This document shows, one piece after another, positions 1 through 7,634 of a stretch of 35,030 bases of DNA; the first letter of the stretch is position 1, and every line of letters starts with the position of its first letter. The stretch is from NCBI GenBank assembly GCA_045533315.1, contig JAZSHN010000116.1:1-35030 (forward strand). The letters run 5' to 3'. The notes beneath the pieces are model-generated. The model was not told where the DNA came from, ran no database searches, and saw only the letters and a program-made list of their open reading frames with translations. This stretch comes from Eubacteriales bacterium. GTDB lineage: Bacteria; Bacillota; Clostridia; Oscillospirales; CAG-272. The position numbers and the translations under genes are program-made.

Positions 1-101
1 CTCGAAAGTCCCTCGTCAGCAGACTTTTGGAACACAACCGCGATAACAATGAAGAGAGCTGCAAGGAGCAGAACCGCCAAGAGAACGTACTCTAAAATCA
101 T
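1..101 (-). CDS. secG: Preprotein translocase subunit SecG, N-terminal part (runs off the left edge)
   Basis: Minus-strand ATG at 101-99, preceded by GAAAGGAAAC (SD-like) 8 nt upstream. It translates to MILEYVLLAVLLLAALFIVIAVVFQKSADEGLS: one hydrophobic helix followed by a Q-K-x-x-x-G-L-S segment, as in SecG. By-eye recognition of a short fragment only. Confidence 0.5.
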   Translation of the reverse strand, partial: MILEYVLLAVLLLAALFIVIAVVFQKSADEGLS

Positions 102-315
102 TTCAGGTTTCCTTTCAAATTTCGATTATTGAAACCGCCCATTAAAAGGGCGCACTTACAATCATACGGGTATTTTATCATATAAAAAGCAAAAATGCAA
201 TAGTTTTTTGAGAATTTTTTTATTTTTTTAAAAGCCGTAAAAAAGCACCGCCGCCTTTCTATTGTCGCCCCTGCCAAAAATACTTGTGCATATTGCCGTT
301 TTATGCCCGTGAGCG

Positions 316-344
316 TTGACTTTGTTCCCGAATAATCTTACAAT
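316..344 (+). promoter_or_regulatory. Sigma-70-type promoter candidate for the heparinase-like gene cluster
   Basis: TTGACT (316-321), 17-nt spacer, TACAAT (339-344). A GC-rich hairpin-forming leader follows (GCGCGAA..TTCGCGC near 383-398), then AGGAG and the ATG at 431. Confidence 0.5.
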
Positions 345-430
345 AGCCTTGGCGGGCGCGCACGCGCTCCGCAGTATTAAACGCGCGAAAGTTCGCGCCA
401 AGTAAAGTAAATCAGTCAGGAGATTAATTT

Positions 431-2248
431 ATGAAGGTTTTTCAGCCAAGAGGATTTTATAACGTAAAGGGAAAGGTTTTGCCCCGCGATAAATTCAAGC
501 CGTACAGAGAGCTTGAAAATGCAGAATTTAATCCGAAAAGAATGGAAAAGGTGGTTTTATCTGCAGAAAAATTCCTTGATGCCGAGGTGCCGATGCTTCC
601 CGCCTCCCTCTACCGTGAGTTTGTCATAAACGGCAACCGCGCAAATTTCGAGGGGCTTTTCTTCAAGAGAAGAGATATGGCACTCACTCTTGCGCTCGCG
701 GAGGCTTACGAGAAAAAGGGTAGATTCGCGGAAAAGCTTATGGACGCGGTCTGGGCGATAATGGAGGAGTCCACCTGGATGCTCCCAGCGCATCTTTACA
801 ACTCTCCATACGGTGGAGATATGACGCTCGGCCCGGTTTATAACTCGGAAAAAAGACACGGTCTTGCACTTTTTTCCGCAACCACAGGAGCGTTGCTTAC
901 CGCCGTTTACGCCTACGCAAAGGATGCGCTCGATAAACTCACCCCGATAATCTGCGAAAAGATGAAATATATGATTCGCGAAAGGCTTGTGCTTCCCTTC
1001 GTCGAATGTACCTTCTGGTGGACGGGTGACGCAGGACAGCACCCCAACAACTGGAACCCCTGGATAATCTCCAACGTGCTTTACGCAACTGCGGTTTTGG
1101 AGGACGACCTTTACACAAGGGAAAAGGTTGTGGAGCTTTCGGTAAAGCGACTTGACAACTTCCTTAACGGCTATCACCCCGACGGCGGCTGCGACGAGGG
1201 TCCAAGCTATTGGGGCGCGGCGGGCGCATCGCTCTTTGACTGTCTTGAAATCCTCGACGATATGACCGACGGTCAAATCACGATTTACGACAGCGAGCTT
1301 GTAAAGAATATCGGAGATTATATCTTCAAGGTTAATATCAACGGCAACCGCTTTGCAAACTTTGCAGACTGTCCTCCGAGGACGCTTCCCAATTACCCGA
1401 TGCTCATTCGCTTTGGCGAAAAGTGCAATTCACCCTTTCTTTCCTCCTTTGGCAGAAAGCTTGCAATACACGGTGCGCCCGTGGTAATGACGAGCCAGCC
1501 GTACAGAGGGCTTCGCACGGCAATCACACCCGATATAGAGGCGGAAAGCTGTCCGATGCCGACACACACCTACCTCCCCGACCTCAAGGTTATGACCGCA
1601 AGAGAGTGCGAGGATTCCGAAAAGGGTATGTTCCTTGCAATGAAGGGCGGCAACAACGGCGAAATGCACAATCACAACGACGTCGGAAACTTTATGGTTT
1701 ACTATAACGGCAACCCCGTTATTATCGACACGGGTGTCGGCACGTATACAAAGCAGACCTTCTCCCCGCAAAGATACGAGCTTTGGTTTATGCAGTCGGG
1801 CTATCACAATCTCCCCTCGTTTGACGGCGTAGACCAGAAGGAGGGCGGCCGCTTTGCATCAAGGGACGAGGTATTCGATGCGGAGGAAAAATCCTTTACC
1901 GCGGAGCTTGCGGGCGCATATCCCGAGGCGGCGGGAGTCAAGTCCTTTGTACGCAAATCGGCACTTACGGGCGGTGTCGTAACCGTAACCGACACAATTG
2001 TCCTTGACGGCGAAAAGAAAATAGATATGCACCTTATGTCGGCTGTGCTGCCTGTTATAGAGGGCGACGTAATCCGTCTTGCCGAGGGCAGAGCTCTCAC
2101 CTTCCCCGCCGATATCCTAAACGCAGAGGTAGAGGAGTTCGAGCCTGTCGGAATGAATGCAAAGGGGGCGTGGGGCACCGAAAGGCTTTGGCGTATTCAC
2201 CTCACCGCCACGGCAAGCGAAATCAAGTACACGCTCACGGTAGAATAG
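431..2248 (+). CDS. Heparinase II/III family protein (polysaccharide-lyase-like), paralogue 1, no signal peptide
   Basis: 605-aa ORF with AGGAG 8 nt upstream of the ATG. Motifs: NNWNPWIISN, DGGCDEGPSYW, KGGNNGEMHNHNDVGNF..IDTGVG, QTFSPQRYELWFMQSGYHN. The HNHNDVG block is the hallmark of the heparinase II/III C-terminal domain. The N-terminus is hydrophilic. Confidence 0.9.
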   Translation: MKVFQPRGFYNVKGKVLPRDKFKPYRELENAEFNPKRMEKVVLSAEKFLDAEVPMLPASLYREFVINGNRANFEGLFFKRRDMALTLALAEAYEKKGRFAEKLMDAVWAIMEESTWMLPAHLYNSPYGGDMTLGPVYNSEKRHGLALFSATTGALLTAVYAYAKDALDKLTPIICEKMKYMIRERLVLPFVECTFWWTGDAGQHPNNWNPWIISNVLYATAVLEDDLYTREKVVELSVKRLDNFLNGYHPDGGCDEGPSYWGAAGASLFDCLEILDDMTDGQITIYDSELVKNIGDYIFKVNINGNRFANFADCPPRTLPNYPMLIRFGEKCNSPFLSSFGRKLAIHGAPVVMTSQPYRGLRTAITPDIEAESCPMPTHTYLPDLKVMTARECEDSEKGMFLAMKGGNNGEMHNHNDVGNFMVYYNGNPVIIDTGVGTYTKQTFSPQRYELWFMQSGYHNLPSFDGVDQKEGGRFASRDEVFDAEEKSFTAELAGAYPEAAGVKSFVRKSALTGGVVTVTDTIVLDGEKKIDMHLMSAVLPVIEGDVIRLAEGRALTFPADILNAEVEEFEPVGMNAKGAWGTERLWRIHLTATASEIKYTLTVE

Positions 2249-2364
2249 AACAACTATACTTTACAAAAATACACAAATCCGTGGGGGCGTGTTAAAAAAC
2301 GCCCCCAAAAATCAAACCATTAAATATTAAGTAAAGACGGCAAATGCCGCAGGGTTAACAAGCA

Positions 2365-4221
2365 ATGAAATTATTCAAAGAAAGAAAAATCACCCCGTGG
2401 GGAAGGGTTTTGACCCGCGATAAATTCAAGCCGTTTTCGGACGCGAGGAATGCCGATTTTATCCCCGAGAGAATGGGAGCCGTGGTGAAAAAGGCAGAGG
2501 AATATCTGCAAAAGGAGCCGAGCGTAATCCCGCTTTCCGCATTCAGAAAATATTCCGAGGAGGGGCAGATTTCGCCCTATTCAACCCCGTGGGGAGATAG
2601 GCTTAACGGTCTTTTCAATCTCGGTATTGCGGAGGCATACGAAAGGGGCGGCAGATTTACCGAGAGGCTTTGCGATTATATTTGGGCAACCGTAGAGATG
2701 GCAAGCTGGGTGCTTCCCGAGCATACACCGCACGCGCCCTACGGCTTTACAAAGGTACCCGCTGCCGTAGGCGAAAAGTACGTACACGCACTGGAGCTTG
2801 GGTCGATATACCTTGCCGCGACGCTTGCCACCGTTTATTATTACAACAAAGAGGCTCTTTACAATTTCTCTCCGATTATTTGCGAGAGAATAGAATACGA
2901 GCTTCGCACGAGAATTATTCTTCCCTACGTAAATTGCAGCTTTACCTGGGAGGGGGAGCTTGGCAACCGAGTAAACAACTGGTGTCCGTGGAATATATCC
3001 AACATACTGCTTATAACCGCTGTTACCGAGGACAATATGCAGCTGCGAGAGAGGGTTGTTGCAAAGGCGCTTAACCACCTTGACAACTTCATCAACTCCT
3101 ACCGTCCCGACGGCGGCTGCGAGGAGGGTCCCACCTATTGGGGCGCGGCGGCAGGCTCGCTTTTCGACTGTCTTGAAACGCTTTTTGATTTGACGGGCGG
3201 AGAGATTAACGTTTACGACGAGCCTCTCATCCGTGCGATGGGAGAGTATATCGCAAAATTCAGAATTGCGGGCAACCGCTTTGTAAACTTTGCCGATTCG
3301 AGCGCAAGCTGCAGCCCCGATGGCGAGCTTCTTGTGCGCTACGGTCAAAAGTGCGGCTCGGATATTCTCGTCGCCCTTGGCAGAGTGTTTTCAAAGGGCG
3401 AGATTGGCATTCACTTTAGGCACCCGTATCGCAGCATCCGCACGCTTATGACCCCGATTTACACGGGCGAAAGGGTTGAAAGGGCGGCAAAAAGCGTTTA
3501 CCTTCCCGACCTTCAGGTAATGATAGAGCGAGAGAGCGAAAACCCCGAAAGCGGTCTGCTTATTGCGATGAAGGGCGGAAACAACGGCGAATTTCACAAC
3601 CACAACGACGTGGGAAGCGCAATTGTTTACTTCGACGGAAAGCCGTTACTGATAGACGCGGGGGTCGGTGCATATACGCGCCAAACCTTTTCGCCGCAGA
3701 GATACGAGCTTTGGTTTATGCAGTCGAATTATCACAACGTTGCGATGCTTGACGGAGTGGGTCAGCGCGCGGGCGCGAGCTACGCCGCAGGGGACGTAGA
3801 ATACAGTGCCGAGCAAAGAAGCCTTTTCGTCGATATTACCGCCGCATATCCAAAGGAGGCGGGTGTTTTGAAATACACCAGGCTTGGCGCTCTTTACGAC
3901 GGCTACGTCGGCATACACGACGAGCTTTTGCTTGATAAGGAGCGCGAGATTGACCTTGTATTCCTTGCCCCGAGAATGCCCGAGATTATCTCCGAGTGCG
4001 AGATAATGCTCGACGGAGAGCACAGGCTTGAATTCCACGGCGTGGGATACGGGGATAATGGCAATTGCGACCCGCGGGCGGCGCGTGATTTCAGGGCGGA
4101 AATCGAGGAATTCGACCCCGTCGGAATGAACACGGTGTCAATGTGGGGCACAGAGAGGCTTTGGAGAATTCATATAAAGACGGTGGCAAAGACCGCCGCC
4201 GTCACGGTTACGGTATCGTAA
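2365..4221 (+). CDS. Heparinase II/III family protein, paralogue 2
   Basis: 618-aa ORF collinear with paralogues 1 and 3 (NNWCPWNISN, DGGCEEGPTYW, KGGNNGEFHNHNDVGSA, QTFSPQRYELWFMQSNYHN, WGTERLWRIH). No signal peptide. Confidence 0.9.
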   Translation: MKLFKERKITPWGRVLTRDKFKPFSDARNADFIPERMGAVVKKAEEYLQKEPSVIPLSAFRKYSEEGQISPYSTPWGDRLNGLFNLGIAEAYERGGRFTERLCDYIWATVEMASWVLPEHTPHAPYGFTKVPAAVGEKYVHALELGSIYLAATLATVYYYNKEALYNFSPIICERIEYELRTRIILPYVNCSFTWEGELGNRVNNWCPWNISNILLITAVTEDNMQLRERVVAKALNHLDNFINSYRPDGGCEEGPTYWGAAAGSLFDCLETLFDLTGGEINVYDEPLIRAMGEYIAKFRIAGNRFVNFADSSASCSPDGELLVRYGQKCGSDILVALGRVFSKGEIGIHFRHPYRSIRTLMTPIYTGERVERAAKSVYLPDLQVMIERESENPESGLLIAMKGGNNGEFHNHNDVGSAIVYFDGKPLLIDAGVGAYTRQTFSPQRYELWFMQSNYHNVAMLDGVGQRAGASYAAGDVEYSAEQRSLFVDITAAYPKEAGVLKYTRLGALYDGYVGIHDELLLDKEREIDLVFLAPRMPEIISECEIMLDGEHRLEFHGVGYGDNGNCDPRAARDFRAEIEEFDPVGMNTVSMWGTERLWRIHIKTVAKTAAVTVTVS

Positions 4222-4233
4222 GGAGATAATTAT

Positions 4234-6057
4234 ATGGGAGCAAGAATTTTCGGAGATGCAAAGATAAACGCCGAGGGAAAGGTCCTCCCTCTCTCGGAAT
4301 TCAGACTTTATTTGGATATGTCGGAGGTAAAAATTCCCGAGGAAAACGCCGCACGTATTATCGCAGAGGCGGAAAAATACCTTTCCGAGGATATCCCCTT
4401 TATGCCGCTTTCGCTTTACAGAGAGTATTTCACAATCGGAAATCGCGCAAACTTTGAGAACAGATTTTTCAAAAGGCGCACTATGGCATTGACGCTTGCG
4501 ATGGCGGAGCATTGCGAGGGCAAGGGTCGCTTTACCGACAAGCTTGCCGATGTGGTATGGGCAATAACCGAGGAATCCACCTGGATTTTACCCGCACACA
4601 CAACGCATTCGCCGTCCTACCCGGGTACAAGCGTGCCCGAGGTTTTCGGTAACGACAGGCTTCACGGCATAGACCTTTTCTCCGCAACTACGGCTGCGGC
4701 AATGACCGCGGTTTACAAATACGCGGGCAAGTCGCTCGATACGGTTTCGCCGCTTATATGCGAAAGGCTTGTTTACGAAATAAAAAACAGGGCAATCCGT
4801 CCGTATATCAACACGCTTTTCTCCTGGACGGGAATGTACGGCAACCGCACTAACAACTGGAACCCGTGGATAGTGTCAAACCTTCTTTATGTTACCGCCC
4901 TCCTCGAGGAGGACACAAGGGTGCGTACCGAGGTCGTAAGACGCTCTATGAACTACCTTGACAACTTTACGAGATGGTATCACGAGGACGGCGGCTGTGA
5001 CGAGGGTGCGGGCTATTGGTGGCACGCGGGCGGCTCGCTTTGGGATGCGCTCGAAACAATTTACGATATGACAGGCGGCGAGATTAACCTGCTTTCGCAT
5101 CCGCTTGTACGCGCCATCGGAGAATACGTGGCAAAGGTAAATATACACGAGAAAAATTTCGTAAACTTTGCCGACTGTCACAGGATTGTCGGCGCGGACG
5201 GCACGCTTCTTATGCGGTACGGAAAAAGATGCGGCTCGGATATGCTTGTATCCTTTGGCGCGACAATGCGCGGTATTGTAAAGCCGTCGCTCAACCCCTC
5301 CGCCCCCTACCGTTCAATCAAGAATATGTCGACCCCGATACTCACCGAATTCCCGCCCGCAAGTGCAGAGACGGCAACCTTCCTCGACGGACTTCAGGTT
5401 ATGGTTTTACGTCAGTCAAGCGACACGAGTCGCGGTATGTTCCTTGCGGCAAAGGGCGGAAACAACGGTGAAAGCCACAACCACAACGACGTCGGAAGCT
5501 TTATCGTTTATCACGACGGAAGCCCCGTACTTATCGATGCGGGCGTGGGTCAGTATACAAAGCAAACCTTTTCTCCGCAGAGATACGAGCTTTGGTTTAT
5601 GCAGTCGAATTACCACAACCTCCCCACCTTTGACGGTGTCGGAGAGATGCAGGGCGGAAAATATGCGGCAAGCGACGTTGCTTACGACGATAACGCACAC
5701 ACCCTTTCGGTGAATATTGCGGGTGCATATCCCGAAAACGCAGAGGTTGAGAGCTACGTCCGTAAAATCGGTATGACAGACGGTGTAATTACCGTTGCGG
5801 AGGATATAAAGCTTTCCTCCGAGAAGAAAATCTGCTTCCATTTTATGTCGCACGTGGCACCCGTGTTAAATAAACGCGGCGAAATAGCCCTTGCCGAGGG
5901 GAGAATTCTCCGCTATCCCGAGGGGCTCGAATGCGAAATCGAGGAGTTTTACTCCGAGGGTCTTAACGCAAAGGCAGAATGGGGTAGCGAAAATCTTTGG
6001 CGTATTCACCTTTACACCACCGCAAAGGAATACAAGGGCGAGCTTACGGTGGAATAA
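4234..6057 (+). CDS. Heparinase II/III family protein, paralogue 3
   Basis: 607-aa ORF starting 12 nt after paralogue 2, with AAGGAG upstream. It has the same conserved blocks (NNWNPWIVSN, DGGCDEGAGYW, KGGNNGESHNHNDVGSF, QTFSPQRYELWFMQSNYHN, WGSENLWRIH). Confidence 0.9.
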   Translation: MGARIFGDAKINAEGKVLPLSEFRLYLDMSEVKIPEENAARIIAEAEKYLSEDIPFMPLSLYREYFTIGNRANFENRFFKRRTMALTLAMAEHCEGKGRFTDKLADVVWAITEESTWILPAHTTHSPSYPGTSVPEVFGNDRLHGIDLFSATTAAAMTAVYKYAGKSLDTVSPLICERLVYEIKNRAIRPYINTLFSWTGMYGNRTNNWNPWIVSNLLYVTALLEEDTRVRTEVVRRSMNYLDNFTRWYHEDGGCDEGAGYWWHAGGSLWDALETIYDMTGGEINLLSHPLVRAIGEYVAKVNIHEKNFVNFADCHRIVGADGTLLMRYGKRCGSDMLVSFGATMRGIVKPSLNPSAPYRSIKNMSTPILTEFPPASAETATFLDGLQVMVLRQSSDTSRGMFLAAKGGNNGESHNHNDVGSFIVYHDGSPVLIDAGVGQYTKQTFSPQRYELWFMQSNYHNLPTFDGVGEMQGGKYAASDVAYDDNAHTLSVNIAGAYPENAEVESYVRKIGMTDGVITVAEDIKLSSEKKICFHFMSHVAPVLNKRGEIALAEGRILRYPEGLECEIEEFYSEGLNAKAEWGSENLWRIHLYTTAKEYKGELTVE

Positions 6058-6066
6058 AAAACAAAA

Positions 6067-6137
6067 GCCCCGTCAAAACGGGGATTAAATGCCCCCTCAA
6101 ACGGGGATATGAATATCCCCCTAAACGGGAATATAAG
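6067..6137. repeat. Three tandem ~23-24-nt hairpin-forming units (CCCC-N-AAACGGGGAT type)
   Basis: Units: gccccgtcaaaacggggattaaat, gccccctcaaacggggatatgaat, atccccctaaacgggaatataagg. Unit 1 forms CCCCG/CGGGG (6068-6083) immediately after the stop of paralogue 3 and may terminate it. Units 2 and 3 can alternatively pair as GGGGATAT/ATATCCCC (6103-6120). Confidence 0.6.
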
Positions 6138-6153
6138 GAAAAAGGCTTGCCGT
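6138..6153. repeat. Left copy of an exact 16-bp direct repeat, GAAAAAGGCTTGCCGT
   Basis: Read directly from the sequence. Identical 16-mers lie at 6138-6153 and 7924-7939, bracketing the AT-rich segment. Confidence 0.9.
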
Positions 6154-6188
6154 CGGGGTCGTGCCCTGAAGGACAGTTTTTAATGAAT

Positions 6189-6222
6189 ACGGTATATCTC
6201 AAAAGAGGTATGCCGTATTTTT
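6189..6222 (+). terminator. Rho-independent terminator-like hairpin
   Basis: ACGGTATA (6189-6196) pairs with TATGCCGT (6209-6216), with one G-U pair and a 12-nt loop, followed by ATTTTT. Confidence 0.4.
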
Positions 6223-6356
6223 GCATTTGTGGACACAAGTGCAGTGCTTGTCATGGAAAACGACAAATCATAGCTGAACATATAAAAAACTCCCTTGTTC
6301 AAAGAGAGGACTTTTTATCTCTCGGTAGGTGATTTTAAAAAATCTCTCTAATGATG

Positions 6357-6385
6357 TTTACAAACCACAAAAAACATGATATAAT
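6357..6385 (+). promoter_or_regulatory. Near-consensus extended -10 promoter
   Basis: TTTACA (6357-6362), 17-nt spacer, TGaTATAAT (6377-6385). The predicted transcription start is near 6392, the first base of the 13-bp closing stem described in the next feature. Confidence 0.6.
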
Positions 6386-6391
6386 AAACTC

Positions 6392-6608
6392 GCTACACAA
6401 AACCGAATAAACTTTAGGGCTAATGGTCTTTTTATTTATAGAGGGGATATTATACCCTTTTTTGGGGCATACTACTTTTGAATTTGGTAAAAGCGCAAAT
6501 TCCAACAGGTAGTATGTCGGATACCATTATCCCGTTTATCTGGTTTTGTGTAGCAGCAATCGTAGTTTGCGTTTTTCAGGGCGTTAACTACGGCTGACGC
6601 TCTTTTTT
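6392..6608 (+). promoter_or_regulatory. Candidate structured 5' leader or cis-regulatory RNA (class unknown) upstream of the lipoprotein gene
   Basis: Nested helices:
- GCTACACAAAACC (6392-6404) pairs perfectly with GGTTTTGTGTAGC (6542-6554).
- GGGATA (6444-6449) pairs with TATCCC (6528-6533).
- CATACTAC (6468-6475) pairs with GTAGTATG (6509-6516).
- GAATTT pairs with AAATTC inside that last helix.
A terminator follows at 6578-6608. It competes with a CGTAGTT (6561-6567) / AACTACG (6586-6592) helix. Confidence 0.4.
6578..6608 (+). terminator. Rho-independent terminator at the end of the leader, 20 nt before the lipoprotein RBS
   Basis: AGGGCGT (6578-6584) pairs with ACGCTCT (6597-6603), with one G-U pair and a 12-nt loop, followed by TTTTT (6604-6608). 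Confidence 0.55.
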
Positions 6609-6640
6609 AATTTTATATTTATATTTTGGAGAAAAAGAAA

Positions 6641-7180
6641 ATGAAAAGACTTATCGCTGTAATTCTTTCTGTAATTATGCTCCTTTCTCTTGTCGCTTGC
6701 AACGGTGGCGGAGACGATGCTGTTATCATTTACCATCAAGAGAATACAGTTCAGACTGTAAATGCCGGTAATATAATTATGAGTGATTCTATGGAAATAA
6801 AAATCAATAGAGTAGAATTGACATACGATGTTTTACCTGATGATACAAGCAGCTTTTACACTCATTACGAGGCTAGTGCCGGAAAAGTATTTATTGCCGT
6901 GGATGCAAGTATAACGAATAAAACAACACAGAATCTTAAGTGTGATAAAATTGGTCAAATCGTTGCTAATTACAATAATGGTTCTACATATCCGGGGCTC
7001 ATTGTTGTAAAAGCGTCGAAGACAGAATTAACTAACGCTTACGGTATAAGTATCGCACCATCAGAAACCAAGGGCATTAAATGGCTTGTTGAATGTCCCG
7101 AAGAAGTAAAAACAAGTTCAAATCCGCTGTTTTTGGAATTCACCATTAGTAATGGAAAGTATAAGCTTGTTATCCGCTGA
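6641..7180 (+). CDS. Small secreted lipoprotein, possibly DUF4352-like
   Basis: The ORF track starts at a TTG (6626), but the ATG at 6641 has GGAGA 8 nt upstream. The N-terminus MKRLIAVILSVIMLLSLVAC has a signal peptide and lipobox (LVAC). The mature part is beta-rich (KVFIAVDASITNKTTQNL), reminiscent of DUF4352; that domain call is tentative. Confidence 0.8.
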   Translation: MKRLIAVILSVIMLLSLVACNGGGDDAVIIYHQENTVQTVNAGNIIMSDSMEIKINRVELTYDVLPDDTSSFYTHYEASAGKVFIAVDASITNKTTQNLKCDKIGQIVANYNNGSTYPGLIVVKASKTELTNAYGISIAPSETKGIKWLVECPEEVKTSSNPLFLEFTISNGKYKLVIR

Positions 7181-7198
7181 TTAAGTATTAAACAAATT

Positions 7199-7224
7199 AA
7201 AGAGTATACCACTCTTTCGCTTTT
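7199..7224 (+). terminator. Weak terminator-like hairpin after the lipoprotein gene
   Basis: AAAGAGT (7199-7205) pairs with ACTCTTT (7211-7217), followed by CGCTTTT. Confidence 0.35.
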
Positions 7225-7260
7225 AATTTGCTTATATACTTCCCGGTAGATAATTTAACA

Positions 7261-7296
7261 GGGCAGAGAACGTTCGTGTTCTCTGCCCATTTTCTG
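7261..7296 (+). terminator. Strong rho-independent terminator
   Basis: GGGCAGAGAAC (7261-7271) pairs with GTTCTCTGCCC (7278-7288), an 11-bp perfect stem, followed by ATTTTCT. Confidence 0.65.
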
Positions 7297-7375
7297 TCGG
7301 TAGGTAACGTATTCGATTTAATTTCAAAAAACTGTCCTTAAGAGTACGGAGCATCAAGCCTTTTTTACTTCGGTT

Positions 7376-7579
7376 TTATTTTCCGTGATACTCCTCAAAC
7401 AAATCGTTTGGTGTACATTCAAGAATATCGCAAATCGCCTTTAAATTCTCAAATTTTATGCTTTTCGTCTTGTTGGTAACGATGTTATTAAAGTTTTGAT
7501 AGCTTAATCCAAGTTGAATATAGAGCCAATATTTGCTTTTCCCTTTTTCCTTGAGAATTTCCAAAATCCGAAGCTTCAT
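7376..7579 (-). CDS. XRE/Cro-type helix-turn-helix transcriptional regulator (67 aa)
   Basis: The sequence KSKYWLYIQLGLSYQNFNNIVTNKTKSIKFENLKAICDILECTPNDLF has the classic HTH_3 pattern, including the C-terminal L..I...L.c.p.dL motif. GGGGG lies 4-5 nt upstream of the ATG. Confidence 0.85.
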   Translation of the reverse strand: MKLRILEILKEKGKSKYWLYIQLGLSYQNFNNIVTNKTKSIKFENLKAICDILECTPNDLFEEYHGK

Positions 7580-7634
7580 TTTTACCCCCGCATTATATAA
7601 TGTGTTAATGAGATAATTATAAATAAAACTTTCG

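Noticed and set aside
351-410. GCGCG-rich hairpin elements recurring in several leaders (351-410, 10630-10668, 11853-11880), considered as a shared regulatory motif
   Set aside because: Beyond being CG-rich palindromes they share no alignable consensus or fixed spacing. They are more likely independent UTR hairpins in a GC-rich genome.
6183-6332. 50-codon Cys-rich small ORF (MNTVYLKRGMPYFCICGHKCSACHGKR...), part of the 5997-6332 ORF; could be a zinc-finger fragment or a RiPP-like precursor
   Set aside because: A terminator-like hairpin plus U tract (6189-6222) lies within its first codons. The longer 5997 start overlaps the end of heparinase-like paralogue 3. There are no adjacent modification, transport or immunity genes. 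It may be a relic at the islet border, but I cannot support it as a gene.
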